Positions 49,595-59,393 of a stretch of 62,619 nt of DNA are shown here, piece after piece. Source of the stretch: Nitrospinota bacterium (lineage in GTDB: Bacteria; UBA8248). Under the pieces are notes generated by a model that saw only the letters and a program-made list of their open reading frames with translations, did no database searches and was not told the DNA's origin. The DNA is taken from assembly GCA_030754595.1 (NCBI GenBank), contig JASLZZ010000017.1, positions 1 to 62,619 on the forward strand, given 5' to 3'. Position 1 is the stretch's first letter, and the number at the start of each line of letters is the position of its first letter. The position numbers were made by a program, and so were the translations under genes.

Positions 49595-49756
49595 GGGAGC
49601 TAGGTCCTCTCTCGCGTCATGGGCCGAGACTACCCTTCCCGCCCCCCTGCGCGCAAACTGGCACCCTGCGCGGCTTTTCCCGGTTTTACAGGGTGGGGGG
49701 CCTTTCCGGCCCCGCAACAGGAACTCATATGGGCAATTGACCCATTCATACGTATT

Positions 49757-51853
49757 ATGGCGGCCATGTTTGAAGTCACGGGAACCACCCGGAAAGCTCT
49801 GACGACGGCGACGCTTCTCGGCGGATTGATTCTGGCGGCGGGCGGCTGCGGAAGCGCACCCACGCTCCCGAGGGTTTCCGCTCCGCCCCGGCCGCCGGCT
49901 GAGCCCGTTATCTCTCCCGAGGCGCTGGCTTCCCCAGCCCCGCGCGCTCCGATGAGACCCGGAAAGTGGGTGGCCTCGCCTCCGCCGCTGCCCAATCGCT
50001 CGCGCGAGGAGCTGACGAAAACGCTACGCGCCAATCCGCTCGGCCCTCAGGTAGACAGCGTTTTATACGGCCTCGGGCTTCACTATTTCGCGGAAGGAAG
50101 ATACGACGCCACCATCCGGCACCTTCAAACCCTCCAGAGCCGCTTTCCTCTGTCGCCCCTCTACGAGGAGAGCGAATACCTCCTCGGCCTCGCCCTGCAG
50201 GCCCGGGGACGCTACAAAGAGGCCTTCCTCCCCTTGCGCGGTTCCCTGAGCCGGGAGAAGAATCCCCTCCGGCGCGGCCTTCTTCATGCCGCCCTGGGCG
50301 AGGTCTACGAGGCGCAAAAGGACCCCCTGGCCGCACTGAACTCCTACGGGGAGGCGCTCTCGGTCCACCCCGCCCTCCCGAACACCATTCTGCTCCGGGG
50401 GCGTATCCTCTCGCTCGCCAAAACGGCTCTGGCCACCCATCAGGTACAAGCCGCCGCCCGGCGCTTCCGCAGCGGCCCGGCCGGACCCATCCTGCGGCTC
50501 GAGTTCGCCCACCGCGCCGCCGCCGAAAATCGGCCCGAGGCCGCCCTCGCTGCCGCGCGGCTGTTTCTCAAGGACTATCCCGGCCATCCGAGGAGGGAGG
50601 AGATCGAGAATTTCGAGAAACGGCTCCGCGAAAAACTCAACATCAACCAGGGCCGCGTCGGTGTGCTCCTTCCCCTGTCGGGCCCCGCCGCCGCGGCCGG
50701 AGAGCGGGTCTATCAGGGAATTCAGCTCGCCCTGCGCCATGCGCTCGAGAAAAACCCCGGACTTCGGCTTCAATTGGCTGTCCGGGACACCCGAAGCACC
50801 GCCCAAAGCGCGGGCAACGCCGCGGCCGGCGCCGCCGAACTCGTCGGACAGGAGAAAGTCATCGCTCTCGTCGGACCGTTTTTCAGCCTCGCCGCGGAAG
50901 CGGCGGCGGCTGTGGCCCACCGAGAAGAAACGCCCCTCCTGACCCCCTTCGCCATCCGGATGGACATGAGCGCCAGCAGCCCCATGGTGTTCCGGAATTC
51001 CCTGACCAACCGCCTCCAAAGCAAGGGAATCTCCGCCTACGCAGTCCAGAATCTTGGAATTCGGCGGTTCGCCGTCCTCTTTCCAGAGGATCGGGACGGC
51101 CGGGAGCTCGCCGAGCGCTTCTCGGAGGACGTCAGGAGACTCGGCGGGCGCGTGTCCAAAATGGTCTCGTTCGCACCCGAGGCCAACGATTTCGGCTCCC
51201 AGATGAGGGCTCTGGGCGGGCTCTCGGACGCCCAAGTCGCGAGCCGAAAACGCGCCCGTGGCCTCAAAAAAACCGACCCCTACAAAATCAAACTCCCCTT
51301 CGAGGCGCTCTTTGTTCCGGTCTACCACGATAAAGCCGTTCTCATCGCCCCGCAGATTCCCTTCTACAACATGCAAGGGATTCACCTTCTCGGCGGGAGA
51401 GGATGGAACAACAGCGACCTCATCCGCTACGGCGAGAAATACGTGGAAAAATCCCTGTTCGTGGATGGATTTTTTCCCGACTCCGAGGAGCCCCGAGTGG
51501 TGCGCTTCGTCAACGAGTTCAGCCGGCTCTTCGGCCGCAAGCCCGATATTTTCTCGGCCCTGGGCTACGACGCGGCCATGATCGTTTTCTCGAGCCTCGC
51601 CAAGGGGGTGAACTCCCGGAGTTCGATGCGCTCGTACCTGAGCCGCCTGAGCGGTTTTGAGGGGGTCATGGGCCTGACGGACATGGGCCCGAACGGGGAC
51701 ACGAAACGGCAACTCTTCGTCCTCACCGTCCGGAAGCGGCGAATCGAGCACCTCCAGATGATCACCCCGCACCGGGCAATCGCCTCGGGGGGCGTCGTCC
51801 CGACCGAACCCGGTCCCGAGGCCGCTCCGGCTGGGCCCGACGTCAATCAATAA
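49757..51853 (+). CDS. LpoA/LppC-like lipoprotein (TPR region plus PBP1-type C-terminal domain)
   Basis: Lipobox-like LAAGGC, TPR region, GVLLPLSG, ALGYDA; adjacent to PBP1A; start approximate. Confidence 0.7.
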   Translation: MAAMFEVTGTTRKALTTATLLGGLILAAGGCGSAPTLPRVSAPPRPPAEPVISPEALASPAPRAPMRPGKWVASPPPLPNRSREELTKTLRANPLGPQVDSVLYGLGLHYFAEGRYDATIRHLQTLQSRFPLSPLYEESEYLLGLALQARGRYKEAFLPLRGSLSREKNPLRRGLLHAALGEVYEAQKDPLAALNSYGEALSVHPALPNTILLRGRILSLAKTALATHQVQAAARRFRSGPAGPILRLEFAHRAAAENRPEAALAAARLFLKDYPGHPRREEIENFEKRLREKLNINQGRVGVLLPLSGPAAAAGERVYQGIQLALRHALEKNPGLRLQLAVRDTRSTAQSAGNAAAGAAELVGQEKVIALVGPFFSLAAEAAAAVAHREETPLLTPFAIRMDMSASSPMVFRNSLTNRLQSKGISAYAVQNLGIRRFAVLFPEDRDGRELAERFSEDVRRLGGRVSKMVSFAPEANDFGSQMRALGGLSDAQVASRKRARGLKKTDPYKIKLPFEALFVPVYHDKAVLIAPQIPFYNMQGIHLLGGRGWNNSDLIRYGEKYVEKSLFVDGFFPDSEEPRVVRFVNEFSRLFGRKPDIFSALGYDAAMIVFSSLAKGVNSRSSMRSYLSRLSGFEGVMGLTDMGPNGDTKRQLFVLTVRKRRIEHLQMITPHRAIASGGVVPTEPGPEAAPAGPDVNQ

Positions 51854-51862
51854 GGATAATTG

Positions 51863-54493
51863 CTACTGGCCCGGTCGAAACGGGTCGAAGGCGGGCCGGG
51901 AGGGCCTTTCCGGACCCGGGCCCGGACCTCCAACGGAGGGAATCGGGGTGGTGATGTCCCCGATGACCGGAGAGGGCTTGTCGGAATCGTGGCCCCTCTT
52001 CGGCCGGCGGGTGGCGTCTTCCCTGAAGAAACTCGACATCGATTTTTTCCGTTTCCTTGGAGAGGAAAAATTACCGGATGGCTCGGTGCCCCGGACAAAC
52101 GCCTGACGCACCGAGCCTTCGCTCCCACGCGGTACTCGGAGGCCGGTGTGGGGGTCGATGGAGACGAACCTCACCTTGGCCGGGCGCCTGAATCTTAGGC
52201 GGGGCAGCCCTTCGTGAATCGCCCCCATGATTTTCATCCAAATCGGCAACGCCGCTCGCCCGCCGGTTTCGTTTCTTCCGATCGTCGCCTTGTCGTCCAT
52301 TCCCACCCAGACGCCCGCCGAATACTGCGGCGAGACGCCGATGAGCCACGCGTCATGATAATCGTTGGTGGTTCCCGTTTTTCCCGCAAGCGGTCGCTTG
52401 AGTTCCCGGGCACGAACGGCCGTACCCGACTGAACCACGTTTTCAAGAAGGTTGAGCATCACGTAAGCCTCCTCGGGGGGAACGGACTGCGTCACCGCCG
52501 GGGTAGCGTTCCAGATCGATTTTCCGTCGGAATCCATCACGAAACTGATGACGTGCGGCTCGATGCGGCGCCCCCGGTTGGCAAGGGTGGCGTAAAGCGA
52601 GGTGAGCTCGAGCAGGGTAACCCCGCTCGACCCCAGGGTGATCGAAAGATTCGCCCGAAGCGGGGAACGGATACCGAACCACCTGGCACGCCTCACCACT
52701 TTTCTCACGCCCACGGAGTTGGCGATCTTCACTGTAACCACGTTTCGGGAGCGGGCGAGACTCTCCCGCAGCGTGGTGGGCCCGTAGAATTTTTCCTCGA
52801 AGTTGGTCGGTTTCCAGTAACCTCGCGGGCCGTTTTGGGGGAAAATAATCGGAGTGTCCATTACGATATCCGATGGCGTCCAGCCGTCGCTGATGGCGGC
52901 GGAGTAGACCACCGGTTTAAACGCTGAGCCCGGCGGACGCACCGCCTGGTAGGCGCGGTTGAACTGGCTTCGCTCGAAATCGTAGCCCCCCGTCATCGCG
53001 CGGATGGCGCCCGTCGAGGGCTCGGTCACTATCGCCGCCGCCTGAACGTCGGGCTCTTGAGCCAGGGCCACGAGCACTCCCTTGGGCGTGGGGCCTTCGT
53101 CTGCCTTCTCGCGCTCGAGACGCTCGACGAGAATGACATTCCCGCGCCGGAGGATTTCCTTCAAGTCATCGAGAACCAAACCTCTTCCGTTTTTCCGGGG
53201 GTCGAACGGACGGGCCCACTCCGCGTTCTCTAAATTCAGGACGGCGGTCCCCCGCCTCAGTCGAAGCCGGGCGGTATCGGATTCGAGTTCGGCGACCACC
53301 GCCGGGAACCAGCGCCCCGTCCGGAATTCTCGCCGGTTCACCCGCACGCCCATGAGCTTCGAGACCATTCGCCACACCCGCTCGCCGGCCCATCTCGAAT
53401 CAACCGACCCGATGGGGCCCCTGTATCCGCGGCGATGATCGACAGCCACTATCCCCCGCCTGACCGAGGCGATGGTGTCGCGCTGCATCGATCTGCGGAG
53501 GGTGGTGTGAATCTTGATGCCTCCCCGGTAGAGCTTCACCGCGCCGAACGGGCGCTCCGCCCGCCGCCGGACATACTCGACGGCATAATCAGCTTCGCCC
53601 GGCCTCCGCAGTTTTTTCACAAGCCGAATCGGCGTCACCTCGGCCTCGGCCCATTCCCCGAGGGTGATGAAGTTCTCCTCGATCATCCGCCGGAGCACGT
53701 GCGCCCGGCGCCGAAGGGCGCGCCGGTAGAATTTGAACGGGCTGTAGGAAGAGGGCGCCCTAGGAAGGCCCGCCAGAAGAGCCGCCTCGGGGAGGGTAAG
53801 CGACTCCGCGTTTTTTCCGAAATAGACGCGGGAGGCTGCCTCGATGCCGTAAGCCCCCTCGCCGAAGTAAATCTGGTTGAGATAGAAATTCAGGATTTCG
53901 CGCTTGCTGTAGGTCTGCTCGATCCGGATTGCGAGAATGGCCTCCCGAATTTTGCGGTCGATACTTCGCGCGGGACTCAAGAACAGCGACTTGGCGAGCT
54001 GCTGCGTGATGGTGCTCCCTCCCTCGACCACCCCCCAGTCGAAAAGGTTCTTGATCGCCGCCCGGCCGATACCCACCAGATCGACACCCGGATGGTCCTC
54101 GAAGCGGGCGTCCTCGGTCGCGAGGATGGCCTGGATCACCACGTCGGGAATCTTATCGAGGGTGACGAGAAACCGTTTCTCGACGTAGAACTCGCGGAGC
54201 AGGCTTCCGCTCTGATCGAAGACGCGCGAGACGAGACTAGGCTTGTGCTTTCTGATGAGAGTGACGTCGGGAAGGTCCGAGGCCACATTTTGGTAGTAGT
54301 AGATTCCCACGCCGGTGGCGGCCAGGGCAAGAGCCATGCGCCGGGCGCTGGGCGGCCTGGCCCGGGCCTGCGCGTCCCGGTCCAGGGGCGGGGCCTTGGG
54401 CCGCGGCACCACCGAGGAACCGAAGCCCCGGAGCCGACGGTGGGTTTTCGATAGCTGTTTCTGGGCCTTGGCCCGGCGGCGCCGTCTGGACAT
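51863..54493 (-). CDS. mrcA: Penicillin-binding protein 1A
   Basis: EDARF and GGSTITQQLAK (glycosyltransferase); SAFK, SRN and KTG (transpeptidase); OB-type insertion. Confidence 0.9.
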   Translation of the reverse strand: MSRRRRRAKAQKQLSKTHRRLRGFGSSVVPRPKAPPLDRDAQARARPPSARRMALALAATGVGIYYYQNVASDLPDVTLIRKHKPSLVSRVFDQSGSLLREFYVEKRFLVTLDKIPDVVIQAILATEDARFEDHPGVDLVGIGRAAIKNLFDWGVVEGGSTITQQLAKSLFLSPARSIDRKIREAILAIRIEQTYSKREILNFYLNQIYFGEGAYGIEAASRVYFGKNAESLTLPEAALLAGLPRAPSSYSPFKFYRRALRRRAHVLRRMIEENFITLGEWAEAEVTPIRLVKKLRRPGEADYAVEYVRRRAERPFGAVKLYRGGIKIHTTLRRSMQRDTIASVRRGIVAVDHRRGYRGPIGSVDSRWAGERVWRMVSKLMGVRVNRREFRTGRWFPAVVAELESDTARLRLRRGTAVLNLENAEWARPFDPRKNGRGLVLDDLKEILRRGNVILVERLEREKADEGPTPKGVLVALAQEPDVQAAAIVTEPSTGAIRAMTGGYDFERSQFNRAYQAVRPPGSAFKPVVYSAAISDGWTPSDIVMDTPIIFPQNGPRGYWKPTNFEEKFYGPTTLRESLARSRNVVTVKIANSVGVRKVVRRARWFGIRSPLRANLSITLGSSGVTLLELTSLYATLANRGRRIEPHVISFVMDSDGKSIWNATPAVTQSVPPEEAYVMLNLLENVVQSGTAVRARELKRPLAGKTGTTNDYHDAWLIGVSPQYSAGVWVGMDDKATIGRNETGGRAALPIWMKIMGAIHEGLPRLRFRRPAKVRFVSIDPHTGLRVPRGSEGSVRQAFVRGTEPSGNFSSPRKRKKSMSSFFREDATRRPKRGHDSDKPSPVIGDITTPIPSVGGPGPGPERPSRPAFDPFRPGQ

Positions 54494-54552
54494 AGCCTAC
54501 CTCACTCCCCCGGCCGGGCAGTTGTGCGGAACTTCCCGGCCGGCCCAAGTCA

Positions 54553-55335
54553 TCATGCCTGCACCGACCCGCATGATATCGTAAACGCCTGGCCGGTGAC
54601 CCCCCTGGCGTCATCGCTCGCCAGATAGACCGACATAGCGGCGATCTCGGCCGGATCGAGGAACCGCCCCATCGGGATACTCTCCCGGAACATATCGAGC
54701 GTCTCCTCCTCGTTCCGGCCCTCTCCGGCGAAGCGGGCGAGTTCGCTCCTTCCGTCCTCGATCATCCGGGTGTCCACGAACCCGGGGCAGATCGCGTTGA
54801 CGGTCACCCCGCTCGCGGCCACCTCGAGGGCCACCGAGCGGACGAAACCGATCACCCCGTGCTTGGCGGCGTGATAGGCGCTGCGGTGGGCCCCGCCGAC
54901 CTTTCCCGAAACCGAACTCATCGCGATGACACGGCCCCAGCCCCGCCCGGCCATGGCGCCAATCGCGGCGCGCGTCGCCCAGAAGACGCCGCTCAGGTTC
55001 ACGCGGATGGTCTCGTCCCACATCTCATCGGAGATATCCCCGACCGAGGCGTGCTTCATCATCCCCGCGTTGGCCACGAGAACATCAATTCCCCCGAGGC
55101 GCGATTCCGCCGCGCGCACCGCATCGGCGACCTCCCCGGCGGCCCCCACGTCGCACTTGAGCGAAACGCCCTTTCTCCCCAGACCCTCGATTTCGGCGGC
55201 GACGGAATCGACCTCCGCACCCGTCCGGGCGATTACGGCGACATCCGCTCCCTCCCCGGCAAAAGCGAGGGCGACGGCGCGGCCGATACCGCGCCCGCCC
55301 CCGGTCACCAGCGCCCGCCTGCCCTCAAGCCGCAT
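54553..55335 (-). CDS. SDR family oxidoreductase
   Basis: TGGGRGIG, NAG, YHAAK, ICPGFVDT. Confidence 0.9.
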   Translation of the reverse strand: MRLEGRRALVTGGGRGIGRAVALAFAGEGADVAVIARTGAEVDSVAAEIEGLGRKGVSLKCDVGAAGEVADAVRAAESRLGGIDVLVANAGMMKHASVGDISDEMWDETIRVNLSGVFWATRAAIGAMAGRGWGRVIAMSSVSGKVGGAHRSAYHAAKHGVIGFVRSVALEVAASGVTVNAICPGFVDTRMIEDGRSELARFAGEGRNEEETLDMFRESIPMGRFLDPAEIAAMSVYLASDDARGVTGQAFTISCGSVQA

Positions 55336-56437
55336 GAGCGCCTCCCGGAGTTCCCACCATTTCCCCTAAAATTTCTCCGGGACCGATAGCCGCACGGTCA
55401 AAAAACGCCGAGGTGAGTGAGACAATCTCACCGATCGTATCGAGCCGGTTGACAGCCTCCCGGAACGAGGCGCAATCCGATATCCCCTTGGTGTAGGCGG
55501 CCAGGTGCTTCCGACTGTTGAGGACCGCCTGCCGTTCCCCGAGGATTTCCAACAGATCGCGGATGTGGGTCAGCGCCATTTTTTTTCCCTCGACCAGCCC
55601 CGGCGGTGGGGGGAGCTCCCCGGTTTTCAGCCATTGGTTCAAGCGGGAGAATATCCAGGGATTACCGATGGCGCCTCGCCCGATCATGAGGCCGTCCACC
55701 CCCGTTGCCTCGATCATCCGGATAGCGTCGGCGGGGGTGAGGATGCTTCCGTTTCCGAGGACGGGCACCGACACCGCTCTCTTCACGGCTGCGATGGTTT
55801 CAAGGTCCACGCTCCCCGAGAAAAAATCCTGCCGCGTCCGGCCGTGAACCGTGATCGCGGCGGCTCCGGCGTCCTCGACAATCCGCGCGAAGCGCCCTGC
55901 CTTGTCCTTGCCCAGGGTGTCCCACCCCGTCCGCATCTTGACCGTCACAGGCCTTCTAACCGCCCGGACCATCGACCGCACGACCTCCCCCGCCCGGTCC
56001 GGGTCCTGAAGGAGGGCCGAGCCCGCCATGTTTTTCGTGACTTTCTTGACCGGACAACCACAGTTGAGGTCGATGATGTCCGCCCCCGCCTCCTCGACCA
56101 GCGCCGCGGCCTCGCCCATCATCGCCGGATCGGCGCCGAACAACTGGATCGAAACGGGTTTTTCCGCCGCCTCGTTTTTCATGATGCCGTAGGATTTCGC
56201 GTGCCGCCGGACGAGGGCCTGGCTGCTGACCATCTCGGTGCAAACCATCCCCGCGCCCTGCCTGGAGACGAGCCTGCGGAAAGGCAGGTTCGTGTAGCCG
56301 GCCATCGGCGCCATCACGAGGCGGCCTCGCAACCCCACTCCACCGATTTCGAGGGGGGCACCGTATCCGGGCGGGGGGGGGGGAACCGCGGCCATCTCTT
56401 TTTCCGCCTCGGGGGGGCCGGCTTCTTCAGGGCGCAT
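55325..56437 (-). CDS. dusB: tRNA-dihydrouridine synthase B
   Basis: APMAG, DLNCGCP, VHGRT, MIGRGAIGNPW. Confidence 0.9.
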   Translation of the reverse strand: MRPEEAGPPEAEKEMAAVPPPPPGYGAPLEIGGVGLRGRLVMAPMAGYTNLPFRRLVSRQGAGMVCTEMVSSQALVRRHAKSYGIMKNEAAEKPVSIQLFGADPAMMGEAAALVEEAGADIIDLNCGCPVKKVTKNMAGSALLQDPDRAGEVVRSMVRAVRRPVTVKMRTGWDTLGKDKAGRFARIVEDAGAAAITVHGRTRQDFFSGSVDLETIAAVKRAVSVPVLGNGSILTPADAIRMIEATGVDGLMIGRGAIGNPWIFSRLNQWLKTGELPPPPGLVEGKKMALTHIRDLLEILGERQAVLNSRKHLAAYTKGISDCASFREAVNRLDTIGEIVSLTSAFFDRAAIGPGEILGEMVGTPGGAHAA

Positions 56438-56559
56438 CGAACAATCCTCTCGAAAATACCGCCATCAACTCTTACTCTCTCCGGCCCGGGCGCTTCCACG
56501 CCGGGCGCTTCTCCGCCGGATTAAAGATCCCTGCCGGACTATTAAAGTTCCCAGCCGAG

Positions 56560-57729
56560 TCATAGTTCCCAGGAGGGATCGGCGTCCATGTCCAAAAAAT
56601 CCCGGAACGCCCCGGACCCCTCCCGGAGGAGCGAGAACCCGCCCGCGCAGGCGATCATCGCCGCGTTATCCGTACAATACCGCCGCGCCGGGAGGTGAAG
56701 GGACCAGCCCGACTCCCCGGCGCGGGCCATCAGCCGCTCCCTGAGCAGTCCGTTCGAGGCCACCCCTCCGCTCAACGAGACGGCGGGGAGTCCCTCGGTT
56801 CTCGCGGCGCCGTCCGTCTTCTCCACCAATACCTCCACTGCCGCCTCCTGGAACCCGGCGGCCACGAATTTCACCTCATCGGCGGGGACTTCCTGGGGAC
56901 GCTCCCAGGGAGCGAGCAGCGGATCACTACGGTAGTAGCCATTTTTCTTTAAATAGTTTAACACAGCCGTTTTCAATCCACTAAAGCTAAAGTCATAAGG
57001 TCGATCTTTAAGGAAAGGCCTCGGTAATTTCAACGCCTCGGCGGCCTTCCCCCGCTCTTTTCTGAATTCGGCGTGAAGACGATCAACCTGCGCCCCACCC
57101 GGATATCCCAATCCCATCGTGGCCGCAACCTTGTCATAGGCCTCCCCGACGGCATCGTCGAGCGTCCCTCCCAGATGCCGGACATCCCCCTGGCTCTCGA
57201 CGCGGTAAAAATCCGTATGGCCGCCCGAGGCGACAAACGCCAGATAGGGATAGGGTGGCGGACCTCCATAAGCGCCCGGCGCGGCATCGGCATCCGGCAT
57301 GGCATCGGCACCCGGCACGGGGGTATCTTTTTCCCCCGGCGAGGGGTTCTCCAGGTAGAGCGAGCTGATGTGGCCGGCCAGATGGTGAACCCCCACCAAA
57401 GGGAGCCCCCTTCCCCAGGCCAGCGCCTTAGCGGCCGAGAGCCCCACCAACAGAGCCACTATCAGGCCAGGGCCCCGGGTGGCCGCCACCCCGTCCAGAT
57501 TCCCGAGCGCCACCCCCGCGTCCTCGAGCGCCGCGCGGATAACGGGGTCAATCGACTCGAGGTGGCGTCTTGAGGCCAACTCGGGCACCACCCCGCCGAA
57601 GCGGCTGTGAACATCTTCCTGTGAGGCGACTATATTCGACAGAACCCGGGGGGCTTTTGTTCCGTTCTCGAATAAAAGGACGGCTGCCGCCGTTTCATCG
57701 CAACTCGATTCGATCCCCAGAACGTACAA
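56560..57729 (-). CDS. tsaD: tRNA N6-threonylcarbamoyltransferase TsaD
   Basis: GIESSCDET, GGVVPELASR, HHLAGH, SGGHT, FSFSGLKT, TDNAAMI. Confidence 0.96.
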   Translation of the reverse strand: MYVLGIESSCDETAAAVLLFENGTKAPRVLSNIVASQEDVHSRFGGVVPELASRRHLESIDPVIRAALEDAGVALGNLDGVAATRGPGLIVALLVGLSAAKALAWGRGLPLVGVHHLAGHISSLYLENPSPGEKDTPVPGADAMPDADAAPGAYGGPPPYPYLAFVASGGHTDFYRVESQGDVRHLGGTLDDAVGEAYDKVAATMGLGYPGGAQVDRLHAEFRKERGKAAEALKLPRPFLKDRPYDFSFSGLKTAVLNYLKKNGYYRSDPLLAPWERPQEVPADEVKFVAAGFQEAAVEVLVEKTDGAARTEGLPAVSLSGGVASNGLLRERLMARAGESGWSLHLPARRYCTDNAAMIACAGGFSLLREGSGAFRDFLDMDADPSWEL

Positions 57730-57740
57730 GACGCCTCTCC

Positions 57741-57796
57741 CTCGAAATTCCGAAATCTCGAATTTTCTAATTCTCGAATTCTTAAAATCTCAAAAT
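57741..57796. repeat. Seven degenerate tandem octamers (consensus CTCGAAWT)
   Basis: ctcgaaat tccgaaat ctcgaatt ttctaatt ctcgaatt cttaaaat ctcaaaat. Confidence 0.8.
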
Positions 57797-57821
57797 CCGG
57801 GCCACCCCGAAAACCCATTCC

Positions 57822-57928
57822 AAAAACCGGAGGAGGCCTCGACCAGTCTCCTTGAAAAACCGAAGGAGGCCTCGACTAAGGGCTCCTTCAAAAACCAAAG
57901 GAGCCCTTAACCAACAGGCTCCTTCGGT
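57822..57928. repeat. Tandem 33-35 bp hairpin-forming repeats
   Basis: AAAAACC cores at 57822, 57855 and 57890, each followed by AGGAG; CTCCTT arms precede the second and third. Confidence 0.8.
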
Positions 57929-58015
57929 GAGACGCTCAATTGACCGGCACCGAGCCAGAACAAGACTTATTAAGAACACGGCCGAGCGAAATCGGCCTCC
58001 ATTTACTCGATTTCG

Positions 58016-59347
58016 CTAAGCGCCTGTCTTAACCATCTTTCCGGCCTGGGCGCCCTGGAGCAGGTGGTCGAGCGCCCGCTCGAGCTGGACATCCTTCACT
58101 TTCGCTTCTGGTGCACCCGGCGTCCCGGTGGAACCACCCCCGGTGGAAGGGGTTTCGCCGGGCTTGACTCCCTTTTTCTCATCCTCGCTCGGCAGGTGGC
58201 CGGGGAGGTCCCTCTCCCTGACAATTCGCCGGCGGGAGACGGCGGCCGGTGAGGCGACGATAATATCCGGCTCAATGCCCTTGCCCTGAATCAGCCTGCC
58301 GTTGGGCGTGTAGTAGAGCGCCGTGGTGAGCCGCAGGCCCGATCCGTCCGTCAACGGAACGATGGTCTGGACCGACCCCTTGCCGAATGTCTTCTCGCCG
58401 ACAACGGTGGCACGCTTGAGGTCCTGGAAGGCTCCGGCCACGATCTCCGAGGCGCTAGCGCTTCCCGGATTGACCAGCACGGCGACCGGCATTTTAAAAT
58501 TAGGGTCCTGATCGGAGGAGGTGTAGCGGTTTCTCTGATTGTGGACCCGGCCCTTGGTGTAGACGATGAGCTTGCCCGCTCCCAGAAACAGGTTCGAGAC
58601 CGAGACCGCCTGGGAGAGCAGCCCGCCCGGATTGTTCCTGAGATCGATGACGAGGCCTTTCATTTCCTCGGGTCCGAGTTTCTCGATGGCCTTGCGCACT
58701 TCCTCGCCCGTCGAGGACTGGAAGCTGCGGATGCGCACATAGCCGACCCCGCCGCGCTCCATGCGGCTCCGGACGCTCCTGATCCGGATGACTTCGCGCG
58801 TGATCGTGAATTTTAGCGGTTTTTTCGCGTCCTTTCTGAAAACCGTGATCGTCACTTTCGAGCCGGGAACCCCGCGGAGCATCCGCACGACGCCTTGAAG
58901 GTTCATCTCCTTCGTGCTTTTTCCCTCGATCTCGACGATTTGATCGCCCGCCTTGATTCCCTCCCGGTAGGCCGGGGTGTCCTCGATGGGGGTGACCACC
59001 GTCAACACTCCGCTCCGCACGGTGATCTCGATTCCCAGACCCCCGAAACGGCCCGAGGTCTCGACCTGCATCTCTTTATAAAACTCGGGCGACATATAGC
59101 TCGTATGCGGATCGAGGGTGCGCAACAGCCCCCGTATCGCCCCGCGGATGAGCTTTTTGCCCTCGATCTCGTTGACGTAGTTCGTCTCGACCAGAGAGAG
59201 CACCTCGGTGAAGGTGCGAAGCTCGGGATAGGTCCCTCCCTCGCGCGCCGATGTGATGCTCATGGGGCTGAGGGCCAACCCGACGGCAAGGCCGCCCGAG
59301 GCGGCCAACCACAGCATCCAACTGCCCACCTGATGCTTTTTCGACAT
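58016..59347 (-). CDS. ctpA: Carboxyl-terminal processing protease (S41A)
   Basis: LDPHT, FGGLG (PDZ), DLRNNPGG, SASASE, FGKGSVQ; ATG at 59347. Confidence 0.92.
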   Translation of the reverse strand: MSKKHQVGSWMLWLAASGGLAVGLALSPMSITSAREGGTYPELRTFTEVLSLVETNYVNEIEGKKLIRGAIRGLLRTLDPHTSYMSPEFYKEMQVETSGRFGGLGIEITVRSGVLTVVTPIEDTPAYREGIKAGDQIVEIEGKSTKEMNLQGVVRMLRGVPGSKVTITVFRKDAKKPLKFTITREVIRIRSVRSRMERGGVGYVRIRSFQSSTGEEVRKAIEKLGPEEMKGLVIDLRNNPGGLLSQAVSVSNLFLGAGKLIVYTKGRVHNQRNRYTSSDQDPNFKMPVAVLVNPGSASASEIVAGAFQDLKRATVVGEKTFGKGSVQTIVPLTDGSGLRLTTALYYTPNGRLIQGKGIEPDIIVASPAAVSRRRIVRERDLPGHLPSEDEKKGVKPGETPSTGGGSTGTPGAPEAKVKDVQLERALDHLLQGAQAGKMVKTGA

Positions 59348-59393
59348 ATCGAACACTCCCAGAAATGCGGCTAGAGAATTTTGAAAAAAAACT

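Noticed and set aside
50063..51850. 595-aa antisense ORF and similar long shadow ORFs (e.g. 24498-25889, 17780-19210, 12713-13975)
   Set aside because: They overlap well-supported genes, have no recognisable motifs, and are expected in high-GC DNA.
56485..56557. Short direct repeats upstream of dusB (CCGGGCGCTTC x2; TTAAAGWTCCCWGCCG x2)
   Set aside because: Only two short copies each, too weak to assign any function.
57741..57928. Possible CRISPR array
   Set aside because: Units are degenerate and contiguous, with no unique spacers and no cas genes.
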